Source of the DNA: an uncultured bacterium
GTDB lineage: Bacteria > Patescibacteriota > Minisyncoccia > Phycocordibacterales > GWA1-40-21
DNA length: 64,000 bases
Direction of reading: 5' to 3'
NCBI GenBank assembly: GCA_963804975.1
Contig: CAWDSG010000002.1
Location: forward strand, 405,015 to 469,014
The notes under the pieces: model-generated
Seen by the model: only the letters and a program-made list of their open reading frames with translations
Database searches by the model: none
What the model was told of the DNA's origin: nothing
Made by a program: the position numbers and the translations under genes
In this document: one piece after another, positions 56,073-64,000 of the stretch
How positions within the stretch are numbered: position 1 is the stretch's first letter
How the letters are laid out: the number at the start of each line of letters is the position of its first letter

Positions 56073-56154
56073 GCCAGAGTGATGAAATTGGCAAACATAC
56101 TCGACTCAAAATCGAGCGCCGAAAGGCTTGTGGGTTCAAGTCCCACCTCTGGCA
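56073..56154 (+). tRNA. tRNA-Leu(CAA), class II with long variable arm
   Basis: Acceptor GCCAGAG/CTCTGGC, anticodon stem CTCGA/TCGAG, loop CTCAAAA, variable hairpin GCCGAAAGGC, T-arm GTGGGTTCAAGTCCCAC, discriminator A. Confidence 0.8.
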
Positions 56155-56169
56155 CAAACAACACAAATT

Positions 56170-56448
56170 ATGAACTTAGAAAATATTAAAATAATTAAAT
56201 CTGATGATAGGGGTATTATTTATGATTGTGGCAAATCAAGTTTTATTGCAAGAAAAAAAGGTAGTATCAGTGCCAATCATATACATGAAGATGCTGAGAC
56301 TATTTATCTAGTTAAAGGAAAAATTGAGCTAACTATCGGCAAAGAAACTAAAATAGTTAAAGCTCCAATAAAATTTAGTTATACTTCGAATATCTACCAT
56401 AAATTAGTTGCTCTTACAGATATTGAACTTATCATAGATAGAGATTAG
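56170..56448 (+). CDS. small cupin-domain protein (92 aa)
   Basis: Start at MNLENIKIIKSDD (the ORF-track start overlaps the tRNA). Single cupin beta-barrel pattern. AT-rich. Confidence 0.4.
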   Translation: MNLENIKIIKSDDRGIIYDCGKSSFIARKKGSISANHIHEDAETIYLVKGKIELTIGKETKIVKAPIKFSYTSNIYHKLVALTDIELIIDRD

Positions 56449-56456
56449 TTAATTTT

Positions 56457-57353
56457 ATGAGATCAAAAGTTTTAGTTGTTCTTGGCCCTACTGCAACCGG
56501 TAAAAGCGATATTGCTATTCAAATCGCCAAAAAATGTAATGGTGAAATTATAAGTGCTGATTCACGGCAGGTTTATAAAAGAATGAACCTCGGTAGCGGT
56601 AAAATTACTAAAAAGGAAATGGTGGGTGTTCCTCACCATTTACTTGATGTAGTTAAACCAAGTACCAGATTTTCGGTTGCTCATTATAAAAAACTTGCCG
56701 AAAAAGCGATTGAAAAAATAATCTCGCACGGAAAATTACCAATTATCTGCGGAGGAACGGGTTTTTACATTGATAGCATTGCCAAAAATATATTGCTTCC
56801 GGAAGTTTCGCCAAATCAAAAATTAAGAAAAATTCTTGAGAAAAAATCCGCCGAAAAGCTTTTCAAAAAACTAAAAAAACTTTCTCCTTCCCGCGCCAAA
56901 TCCATTGACCGGCACAACAAAGTCCGCCTTATACGGGCAATTGAAATAGCAAAATCTCTCGGCAATATTCCGAAAATAAAAGAATTGCCGAGCAAATACG
57001 ATTTCATTTTTATCGGTCTTGATCTGCCTGATAAAGAATTGGAGAAAAGAATAGAAATTCGCCTGCTTGCGCGAATAAAAAAAGGAATGATAAAAGAAGT
57101 TGAAAATTTGCATAAGCAAGACGTGTCTCGGAGAAGATTGGAGTCATTCGGGCTTGAATACAGGCAAACTGCTTTATATTTACAAGGAAAAATTACTCTC
57201 AAACAAATGATTGAAAATATCAAAAATGAAAGCTGGCAATACGTGAAGCGTCAAAGGACTTGGTTTAAAAGGAATAAGCAAATTAAATGGTTTGAACCTA
57301 AAGAAATAAAGAAAATATTGAGTTTAATTAAAAATAAAATATTAAAATCCTAA
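56457..57353 (+). CDS. miaA: tRNA dimethylallyltransferase
   Basis: VLGPTATGKSDIAIQIA P-loop and SADSRQVYKRMNLGSGK motif. Confidence 0.9.
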   Translation: MRSKVLVVLGPTATGKSDIAIQIAKKCNGEIISADSRQVYKRMNLGSGKITKKEMVGVPHHLLDVVKPSTRFSVAHYKKLAEKAIEKIISHGKLPIICGGTGFYIDSIAKNILLPEVSPNQKLRKILEKKSAEKLFKKLKKLSPSRAKSIDRHNKVRLIRAIEIAKSLGNIPKIKELPSKYDFIFIGLDLPDKELEKRIEIRLLARIKKGMIKEVENLHKQDVSRRRLESFGLEYRQTALYLQGKITLKQMIENIKNESWQYVKRQRTWFKRNKQIKWFEPKEIKKILSLIKNKILKS

Positions 57354-57839
57354 AACTTTAATTTTATCCAGAGAACCTTTTTCTATATGTTTGAAACAGC
57401 CGGCAAGCTCCTTAAGCCACTTCTTTTTCTTCTCAACAATATCTTTAAAAGTGAATATAAAAATCTTATCAAAACCGTTGTAAGCGGATAAAACCTTTAC
57501 ATCGCCGTTCACATGACAAAGCACCGTGGCTATATCATCCACAGGAATAACAACTCTGGCGCTAATGCCCATATCGTCAAACATATCCTGAACAAGCTCC
57601 TGATTTTCTTCCAAAATATCCCTTGCCAGCTGTTTTTCTTTTAAAGTTTTTGTGACTCTTCCTAAAGGGCCGAATTTCACTTTCCACCCCTTTTTTCTGA
57701 AAGCTTTGTTTATTTTTTCTCCGCCGCCAATCAAAATCACCGTAAAATATTTTTTTGATATTTTTCTTATCTCTCCGATTGCTTTTTTATTCTTTAGCAA
57801 TGAACCGGAAATCTTGATTAGAGCGTTTTGTTTTATCAT
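57342..57839 (-). CDS. amino-acid kinase superfamily protein (UMP kinase-like, short)
   Basis: IKISGSLL and ILIGGGEKINKAF resemble the N-terminal motifs of the carbamate/UMP kinase fold. Only 165 aa. Confidence 0.35.
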   Translation of the reverse strand: MIKQNALIKISGSLLKNKKAIGEIRKISKKYFTVILIGGGEKINKAFRKKGWKVKFGPLGRVTKTLKEKQLARDILEENQELVQDMFDDMGISARVVIPVDDIATVLCHVNGDVKVLSAYNGFDKIFIFTFKDIVEKKKKWLKELAGCFKHIEKGSLDKIKVLGF

Positions 57840-57842
57840 ATG

Positions 57843-57913
57843 CGGGAGATGGAGGAATCGGACCTCCGACAGCGGTTTTGGAGACCGCAGTTATACCACT
57901 TAACTAATCTCCC
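57843..57913 (-). tRNA. tRNA-Trp(CCA)
   Basis: Minus strand GGGAGAT..GTTA-AGTGGTA-TAAC..GCGGT-CTCCAAA-ACCGC..GGAGGTCCGATTCCTCC..ATCTCCC-G. Confidence 0.85.
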
Positions 57914-57933
57914 CTATACAAACACTATACCAA

Positions 57934-58013
57934 AAAGGGCGGCATGGCGCAAAAATTTTCTTCGAGAACTGTTTGAGCGAAGCGAGTTTTTGAGAAGATA
58001 ATTTTTATGCCAT
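57934..58013. repeat. hairpin-embedded conserved-core element, copy 6 (20-bp IR AGGGCGGCATGGCGCAAAAATT around core CGAGAACTGTTTGAGCGAAGCGAGTTTTTGAG)
   Basis: Between rpmG and tRNA-Trp. Confidence 0.8.
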
Positions 58014-58031
58014 GCCGCCCTTACCCCGTTT

Positions 58032-58190
58032 TTATTTCTTGGCTTCTTTGTGCACTGTCTGTTTTCTGCACCATTTGCAAAATTTCTTAAGCTCTATTTT
58101 GCGCTCAACTTTCTTTTTATTTTTTCTCGTCCAATAATTGATCCTTCTACAATCCTTGCAGGCAAGTTTTATCAGTTGTGGCTGTGGCAT
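58032..58190 (-). CDS. rpmG: 50S ribosomal protein L33
   Basis: MPQPQLIKLACKDCRRINYWTRKNKKKVERKIELKKFCKWCRKQTVHKE: L33 zinc-ribbon pattern. The ORF-track ORF is longer; the true start is the internal Met. Confidence 0.75.
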   Translation of the reverse strand: MPQPQLIKLACKDCRRINYWTRKNKKKVERKIELKKFCKWCRKQTVHKEAKK

Positions 58191-58252
58191 ATATATTAAA
58201 TTAAGTTTTGAGAGTATATCGCAAACCGCCGGAAAATGCAATTGCAGGCGTA

Positions 58253-59932
58253 TTATTTGAGATCCGTAGTACTTGTATCCGGCACAATCGGCCTGACTTT
58301 CCAAAACTTCTCATGGAGCGTATGGACTGTTTCTTCAAATTCGCGGCTCTTCAAAAGCTTGAGGACAATTATAAGTGCGGCTATGCCTAGAATTCCGGCG
58401 CAAAAACCCTGCATAAAAATGCCTCCGGTTTTGTTCAGATTAAAAATATTATTGAACAGATTCAAGCCGAGATATGCCACAAAACCCATGATTACAGAAG
58501 CGGAAAAGGACTGGAAAAGTGTTTTAATAAGCGGAATCGAAAAACCTGAATGTTCCTTTTCAAACCATTTCCAGAGGATAATGCAATTGATGATCTGGGC
58601 GAGAGAAAACCCAAGCGCAAGCATCAGCACTTCGGTTCCGGCAATATCATCAACACGGAAAAGATGTTCTATAAAAAATCTGAAGAAATAAATATTATAA
58701 AATATTTTTATGAATGCGTAAGAAAGCCCGATTGACAAGATTCCTGTAATCAAGCTCGCATACAAAGATTTTTTCGTATTTCCCTTGGCGTAATATCCTC
58801 TGATAAAAATAAGCACCAGCGATTGAGCCATAACGGAAAAAGCGAATATGGCGAGAGATGCGGCGGTAAGCTTGGTGCCGTTCCAGCCAAATTTTCCCGC
58901 TCCGTATATCACTCTTACGATCTGGGCGCGAAGCACAATAAAGATGACGCTGATCGGTATGGACCAAAAAATGGTATGGCGAAGCGCAGCGGAAATATGC
59001 GAGAGAAATTCTTCTTTCAGATTTTTGGTGATGAATCGCGACAATGTGGGAAATGCGGCAAGCGAATAACTCATGCCGATTATTGAGAGCGGAACCCCTT
59101 GAAGATTGCTTGAAAAATTAAAAACCGAAATCGAACCGACAGTCATTAAAGACGCCATGCCGACAAGAGCAAGCATTGTAATCTGAGTCATGGCAAGCGT
59201 AATTGTACGCGGTATTGATGTGAGGAAAACATTTTTTATGATCGGCCAGTCAAAATGAAACGGCCACGCCCTGAAAAATCCGCTTTTGAAGACAAACGGA
59301 AGCTGAATGGAAAGATGCATAATCGTGCCGAGAATAACGCCGTAAGCAAGGCCATAAATGCCAAAAAACGGATAAAAAAACAATGCGCCTATTATAATGC
59401 CGACATTGTAGACAAGAGGACAAAGAGCGTAAACAAGAAATCTTTTTCCGACCTGTGTAATGCTTGCAAGAAAATTCGAGGTTCCCAGAAAAATCGGCGA
59501 TAAAAGCAGGATTCTGGCCATACGTATAAGGGCCGTCTTATCGGCAATTCCCGGAAAAATGTGCGGGGCGAGAAACGGTATTAAAAAGAATGTAATGATG
59601 CTTGCGCCGACAATAAGCAGCGAAAAAAACGAGAAAATCGTATTGATGAAAGATTTCGTCTCTTCGGTTGATTTTTCAAGCCGATTTGTAATGAAAGGCA
59701 CAAGAACCGAAATGGAAACGATTGAGCCGACCGTGGCAAAAATAAAATCCGGAATTTCAAAAGAAGAATAATAAATATCCAGCGTATGGCCGATGCCAAA
59801 AGAAGATGCCAGAACTCTATCCCTCAAAAGCGCAAGCACTTGTGATAAAATAGCGAAAAGGCCTAGAAGATACGCCGCTTCATGAAGGCCTTCTATTTTT
59901 TTATAGAAAATATTGAAAAAATTTTTAACCAT
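58253..59932 (-). CDS. murJ: lipid II flippase MurJ (MviN)
   Basis: 559 aa polytopic protein with MurJ-like N-terminus (AAYLLGLFAILSQVLALLRDRVLASSFG). Confidence 0.8.
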   Translation of the reverse strand: MVKNFFNIFYKKIEGLHEAAYLLGLFAILSQVLALLRDRVLASSFGIGHTLDIYYSSFEIPDFIFATVGSIVSISVLVPFITNRLEKSTEETKSFINTIFSFFSLLIVGASIITFFLIPFLAPHIFPGIADKTALIRMARILLLSPIFLGTSNFLASITQVGKRFLVYALCPLVYNVGIIIGALFFYPFFGIYGLAYGVILGTIMHLSIQLPFVFKSGFFRAWPFHFDWPIIKNVFLTSIPRTITLAMTQITMLALVGMASLMTVGSISVFNFSSNLQGVPLSIIGMSYSLAAFPTLSRFITKNLKEEFLSHISAALRHTIFWSIPISVIFIVLRAQIVRVIYGAGKFGWNGTKLTAASLAIFAFSVMAQSLVLIFIRGYYAKGNTKKSLYASLITGILSIGLSYAFIKIFYNIYFFRFFIEHLFRVDDIAGTEVLMLALGFSLAQIINCIILWKWFEKEHSGFSIPLIKTLFQSFSASVIMGFVAYLGLNLFNNIFNLNKTGGIFMQGFCAGILGIAALIIVLKLLKSREFEETVHTLHEKFWKVRPIVPDTSTTDLK

Positions 59933-59984
59933 GATAAATTCGCTTTTAGTATACAGTATTTTTTATGATATTCAATTCAAAAGA

Positions 59985-60011
59985 AAAGGGCCCGCTTTTC
60001 GCGGGCCCTTC
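59985..60011 (-). terminator. terminator hairpin for rnpB (AGGGCCCGC-GAAAA-GCGGGCCCT + T-run on minus strand)
   Basis: Seen directly. Confidence 0.7.
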
Positions 60012-60416
60012 CCATAAACCTTTCTACCTGTAAGCCGAATTCTGTTGATCATATTGCTATGATCAGATAGCCATCTGTCTGGGCCAACGATTGCTCACTG
60101 GCTCAAGCGGCGCTTCCGCACTGAAACGGACACGGCCTTGCATTCAAGTAAGGATTTTGCCGTTGCACTCTTTTAGTCGCCTAAAAGATTTATCCTGTCT
60201 TGCGGCAGGATAGATTTTTTCTTTCGAAAAAATCCGTCACTGTTCTCACCTCTCATATCGCTATGGACGGGCGTTACCCGCTACCTTTCCCAGCACTTTT
60301 ATACTACCAATGATGAATATTTTAATACCGATATAATTCGTAGTATAAAGGTGCTGGGTGAATGTTCGGACTTTCCTCCCCGATTAAAAACCGGAGTAAC
60401 TATCCGATAAAAAGGA
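60010..60416 (-). ncRNA. rnpB: RNase P RNA (bacterial type A)
   Basis: Minus strand contains GGAGGAAAGUCCGAACA (P4 5'), GGGUAACGCCCG, AGUGCAACGG, UGAGCCAGUGAGCAAUCGUUGGCCCAGACAGAUGGCUAUC, ACAGAAUUCGGCUUA (P4 3'). TTGATT-N17-TATAAT promoter at about 60452..60424. Confidence 0.85.
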
Positions 60417-60458
60417 TACTTGTATTATATAACAATATATAAATTAAATCAAGTAAAT

Positions 60459-60490
60459 AAAAATCCGCGCTTTTTAAGCGCGGATTTTTA
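60459..60490. terminator. hairpin AAATCCGCGC-TTTTTA-AGCGCGGATTT terminating the pilin-like operon
   Basis: Seen directly. Confidence 0.6.
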
Positions 60491-60507
60491 TTTACAAAAT
60501 TTTTCGG

Positions 60508-60810
60508 TTAAATGGTGGCAAGAATGATATTGATGATTCCAATTGCCGAAACCATAATGAATATGCCGATTACTCCCCATATCATATGCTGATAACCCTC
60601 TTTTCTTTTGTCGGGAACATCGGCATTCTGAATGAAAACCATCACGCCCCAGACAAAATAAACAACTGCAAGAGCAAATAAAAGATAAATAACCGGCTTG
60701 ACGATCTGATCCAACACATTCTGATATAACTTACTGAAGGTAATATTGGTATTAGTGCCGCTCGGAACAATAATGGCGGCATATGTTTTTTGGATTATAA
60801 AATCCAGCAT
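60508..60810 (-). CDS. TrbC/VirB2-like small 2-TM protein (paralog 5 of 5)
   Basis: C-terminal MIWGVIGIFIMVSAIGIINIILATI shared with the paralogs. Confidence 0.45.
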   Translation of the reverse strand: MLDFIIQKTYAAIIVPSGTNTNITFSKLYQNVLDQIVKPVIYLLFALAVVYFVWGVMVFIQNADVPDKRKEGYQHMIWGVIGIFIMVSAIGIINIILATI

Positions 60811-60816
60811 ATTGTT

Positions 60817-61173
60817 TTATATGGTTGGAATCTGGCTGCCGATATTTTCCTGTACGCCCGATGTGCCGAATGTCGCCTGAAGTATCGCCACAAGTCCCCA
60901 AACTGACACCATTATGAATATGCCGATAATTCCCCAGAGCATGCCTGATTTTGCCGCTTTTTTCTTTTCTTCATTTCCGGACATAACGTAAAGAATAACG
61001 TTCCAAATAAACCAGACTACCGCCAAACCTATAAGCAAAGGCACCAATCTGTTCAGTATCACACCGGCAAAACTAAACAATCCCATAATACCCTGATTTG
61101 GAGCATATCCTTGAGCGAGTGCCACAAGAGGAGAAACTCCAACCGAAGCGCTTGCTAATATTCTTTTCATCAT
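60817..61173 (-). CDS. TrbC/VirB2-like pilin paralog (4 of 5)
   Basis: Signal peptide plus two hydrophobic helices; LWGIIGIFIMVSVWGLVAILQATFG. Confidence 0.5.
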   Translation of the reverse strand: MMKRILASASVGVSPLVALAQGYAPNQGIMGLFSFAGVILNRLVPLLIGLAVVWFIWNVILYVMSGNEEKKKAAKSGMLWGIIGIFIMVSVWGLVAILQATFGTSGVQENIGSQIPTI

Positions 61174-61283
61174 AAATAAATTACTTTTAATGAATAAACT
61201 TCGCGACCTTAATTATAATATAAACATTATAAATCTTACAAAAGCAACAATCAAGTGGATAATTACGCCTAAAGATCCGTCAT

Positions 61284-61838
61284 TTATCTTGGCATATTGA
61301 TGCTGCTGGTATTCAATCTAAACGTAGATTGAAGAATATTTACGATTCCCATAACCGAAAAAATGACAAATAGGCCTATAATCCCCCATAAAATAAACTG
61401 TTTTCCCGTATCTTTGTCTTCTTTGCCGCTTGCGCGTATGATTTTGAATATTCCCCAAAGGAAAAAAACAAGAGCAAGGCCGATAATAATGCGAACCACC
61501 AGATAATAGAAGCATCCTACCACAAGGTTCATGATTAAGCTCTTAAAATCCGTTACCGCTCCGGGGTTGCAGCTGAAAGAATTTGTTGTTGCGGAGCCGT
61601 TTACAGCTGAACTAGCTCCGCCGCAAAAAGCCGGGTCGTTTCCGACATAAACATGATTGACGCAGCTTGGATCGTGGCCGTTCGGAAAAACCGCCAGATT
61701 CGGCTCGCAATAACAGCCGGTAGCCGCATAAGAAATACGAGCTCCGGCAAAAAAAGAAACGGAAACACTAAAAGCAACGAGTAGAGATAAAATAAAAACT
61801 GAAATTATTTTTTTATTTTCGATATTTGATCTTTGCAT
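61284..61838 (-). CDS. TrbC/VirB2-like pilin paralog with Cys-rich N-terminal extension (3 of 5)
   Basis: ILWGIIGLFVIFSVMGIVNILQSTF, compared with the NVMSTFFG C-terminus of TrbC as recalled. Eight Cys in the extracellular part. Confidence 0.5.
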   Translation of the reverse strand: MQRSNIENKKIISVFILSLLVAFSVSVSFFAGARISYAATGCYCEPNLAVFPNGHDPSCVNHVYVGNDPAFCGGASSAVNGSATTNSFSCNPGAVTDFKSLIMNLVVGCFYYLVVRIIIGLALVFFLWGIFKIIRASGKEDKDTGKQFILWGIIGLFVIFSVMGIVNILQSTFRLNTSSINMPR

Positions 61839-61846
61839 TTTGATTT

Positions 61847-62215
61847 TTACGATTGCAGATTCTTTATCGTGCTGATAATGATCGTTGCGATTATTTTTGC
61901 GCCAAGCAGGATGGCAACGCCAATGCAGGTATTGAAAAAAATATCTTTCGCTTTTTTAAGCCCTTCAGGATTTCCCCGCGCCGCCACAAACTTATATCCG
62001 GAATAAATAAAAGCAACAATCGCGACGACACTTCCCACTTCCAAAACATAACCCAGAATTGTATTCACGAGAGTCGGAACATCGGTAATGTTTTTTAAAG
62101 GATTCTGTATTACTCCGGCCTGCGCAGCGTAAGAAACCGAGGGAATAAAAATTGCCGAAGCGGAAACCAAAAACATAAAAATTGTTATTCTTATTTTTTT
62201 ACAATATTTTTTCAT
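61847..62215 (-). CDS. TrbC/VirB2-like pilin paralog (2 of 5)
   Basis: PTLVNTILGYVLEVGSVVAIVAFIYSGYKFVAARGNPEG resembles the TrbC core. Confidence 0.5.
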   Translation of the reverse strand: MKKYCKKIRITIFMFLVSASAIFIPSVSYAAQAGVIQNPLKNITDVPTLVNTILGYVLEVGSVVAIVAFIYSGYKFVAARGNPEGLKKAKDIFFNTCIGVAILLGAKIIATIIISTIKNLQS

Positions 62216-62235
62216 TTTTTTAATTTAATTGATAA

Positions 62236-62619
62236 TTAACTTCCTAAAAATCTCAATGCTCCCGTGCTTGAATTTACAAGCGCCGCGATAACCGTATGGA
62301 TAATAAGCCAAGCGCATAGCACGATAAGTATGCCGATAATGGTTTTCTTGAACATCCCGAGAGCTTCTTCTATTTTGACTGTATTGCCGGGATTGAAAAG
62401 CATTTCTCCGCCTGCAATCGCAAAAGTAATGGCTGCCACTGAAACAGATATTCCTAAAAACCAATTGATGATGTTATTTACAAGAGTCGCCAGAGAACTG
62501 AAATCGCAATCGGGACCGTTGCACGGAACAAGCCCGGCTGCAAGAGCGGCCATCGGAACACCAATGAATGCAAAAAATAAAAACGGAAGGATTTTATAAT
62601 AAAGATTGTTATTCTTCAT
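62236..62619 (-). CDS. TrbC/VirB2-like pilin paralog (1 of 5)
   Basis: Long signal peptide, then ATLVNNIINWFLGISVSVAAITFAIAGGEMLFNPGN, compared with VirB2 ATMVNNICTFILGPFGQSLAVLGIVAIG as recalled. Confidence 0.55.
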   Translation of the reverse strand: MKNNNLYYKILPFLFFAFIGVPMAALAAGLVPCNGPDCDFSSLATLVNNIINWFLGISVSVAAITFAIAGGEMLFNPGNTVKIEEALGMFKKTIIGILIVLCAWLIIHTVIAALVNSSTGALRFLGS

Positions 62620-62682
62620 AAAATATTTTTAAACCGATGTTCTCTTTATTTTCTCATATTTCAAGGACATTCTCAACATTAT

Positions 62683-63984
62683 TCACTGGAACAGATTATT
62701 CAATTCGGTATCGGCTTTTTGCACTGAATCGTCAACGCTGAGATTGCCTGTGGTTATATCCCTGATCATTCCTTTAAATATGCTGTTTGTGCCGTCAATA
62801 CTCGGGTCAACCCATCCTTTGGCAATAAGCGCTGAATTATAAAATACGGTTTTTTGCGGATCAGGCGTGCCGGCAGCGATCAGGTCTATCCTTGCCGGCG
62901 CCGCATCATAAACCTGCAAAAATTCGGAAACGCCGTCGGAATCGGCCAAAACGGAAATCAAGTTATACGCGGCAAGATTATTCGGCGAACTTTTCAAAAA
63001 AGCAAAGCCGTACAATTCTCCGAACGTCGTTTTGGCGGTTGCATTCAGCGTTTGCGGCATCATTGTCACGTCAAAATTGAGATTTGGATTTTTATCGGCG
63101 ATATCGGCCGCTTCCGAAGCAAAACCGAAATAAGTGGCGAGATTTCCGGAAAGGAAAAAGTTTTTTGACAGCGGAAGAGAGCTGTTCCACGAATAAACTG
63201 ATTTTTTCGGATTTGAATAATCGGTGAAGAATTGCACGGCCGAAACCGCCGGTATCATTGAGCTGTTTGCCAATTTTTGGTACAAGTTTGATATGAAAGA
63301 ACCGGTTGAACTATCATATGAAACTATCGGGCTTCCCGCCTGCATGATAAGCGCGCTCAAAAACGCTTTTGCGTTATTGATATTGTCGTACTCACCGAAA
63401 GATGCGATACTTTGATTGATATTTCCGTTCTGATCTATTTTGGTAAGCTTTTCTGCAAGCAGTGGAAATTCGGACCAGGCCGCCGGCGGATTTGCTATCA
63501 GCGCATTTGCAAAAATATCTTTGTTCCAGTACATAACCATCGGGTCAACAAAAAATGGGATAGCGAACATTCCGCTTGGCTGAATATAAATTTCCGCCTC
63601 TTGGATATAAGTGTCCAAAAATGTCCTTTGCGGAATTGAAGTGATAAAGGCAACCTTATCCAAATATCGGTCCATTAGCTCCTGCGGTATGAGTATGACA
63701 TCCGGCCCTTTGCCTGTGGCAATCGCTTCCACAAGATCGCTATCTATTGTAGAAATATTTTTTTCTACATAAGTAAGCTTGAATTGCAGATTCTTGTCCT
63801 GCTCGTATTTTGAAATAAAATTATCAAAAGTGGTTTTGGCCACCGTGCCCCAGATGGAAACATTCACCTGGCTGTTCGCGGAATTATTTGACCTGAACAA
63901 GGAAAACGAAAGGAGCCCGACAACGATAAAAAAACCGAATACCGACAAAAGAACCATTTTGAATTTATTGCTGCCTTTTTCCAT
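62683..63984 (-). CDS. ABC transporter extracellular solute-binding protein (family 1, sugar-binding-like), TM-anchored
   Basis: VSIWGTVAKTTFDNFISKYEQD...ATGKGPDVILIPQELMDRY: SBP_bac_1 pattern. N-terminal TM anchor. Confidence 0.7.
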   Translation of the reverse strand: MEKGSNKFKMVLLSVFGFFIVVGLLSFSLFRSNNSANSQVNVSIWGTVAKTTFDNFISKYEQDKNLQFKLTYVEKNISTIDSDLVEAIATGKGPDVILIPQELMDRYLDKVAFITSIPQRTFLDTYIQEAEIYIQPSGMFAIPFFVDPMVMYWNKDIFANALIANPPAAWSEFPLLAEKLTKIDQNGNINQSIASFGEYDNINNAKAFLSALIMQAGSPIVSYDSSTGSFISNLYQKLANSSMIPAVSAVQFFTDYSNPKKSVYSWNSSLPLSKNFFLSGNLATYFGFASEAADIADKNPNLNFDVTMMPQTLNATAKTTFGELYGFAFLKSSPNNLAAYNLISVLADSDGVSEFLQVYDAAPARIDLIAAGTPDPQKTVFYNSALIAKGWVDPSIDGTNSIFKGMIRDITTGNLSVDDSVQKADTELNNLFQ

Positions 63985-64000
63985 GATTGATTTTTAATGA

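Noticed and set aside
57342-57839. Calling the 165-aa amino-acid-kinase-fold protein pyrH, secE or nusG
   Set aside because: Too short and lacks the C-terminal half of UMP kinase. No KOW/NGN or SecE features. Left as a family-level call.

Overview
AT-rich, gene-dense window that looks like a small-genome (CPR/Patescibacteria-like) bacterial chromosome. Most genes are compact housekeeping genes: leuS, lysS, serS, hisS, proS, typA, greA, topA, priA, dprA, rel, frr, miaA, rmuC, rpmG. It also carries a full peptidoglycan and cell-shape toolkit, including the division cluster mraZ-rsmH-ftsL-ftsI-murF, the elongation cluster mreB-mreC-mreD-mrdA, a second mreB, plus murA, murJ, mltG, ftsQ and rseP. 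The first 10 kb encode a self-contained mannoside-to-acetate route: two GH130 mannoside phosphorylase-like genes, a eukaryote-type phosphomannomutase, a cupin mannose-6-phosphate isomerase, phosphoketolase and acetate kinase. RNA genes recognisable by eye are RNase P RNA (minus strand, about 60010..60416), tRNA-Leu(CAA), tRNA-Trp(CCA), a tRNA-Glu(CUC)-like gene with a defective anticodon stem plus a duplicated 5' half, and two promoter-to-terminator small-RNA candidates. There is no CRISPR array and no obvious transposase or integrase. The most unusual signals are at the DNA level. First, a family of GC-rich near-palindromes (CCTGCC..CGGCCAGG type) inserted in frame into at least seven housekeeping genes. 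Second, a conserved roughly 31-nt core (GAGAACTGTTTGAGCGAAGCGAGTTTTTGAG) embedded in the loops of otherwise unrelated long hairpins at gene 3' ends. Third, a Nudix hydrolase domain inserted inside LeuS. Fourth, a duplicated promoter and leader module in front of greA and mrdA. Fifth, five tandem TrbC/VirB2-like pilin paralogs behind a solute-binding protein gene. All calls come from reading the sequence and motifs by eye, with no database searches.
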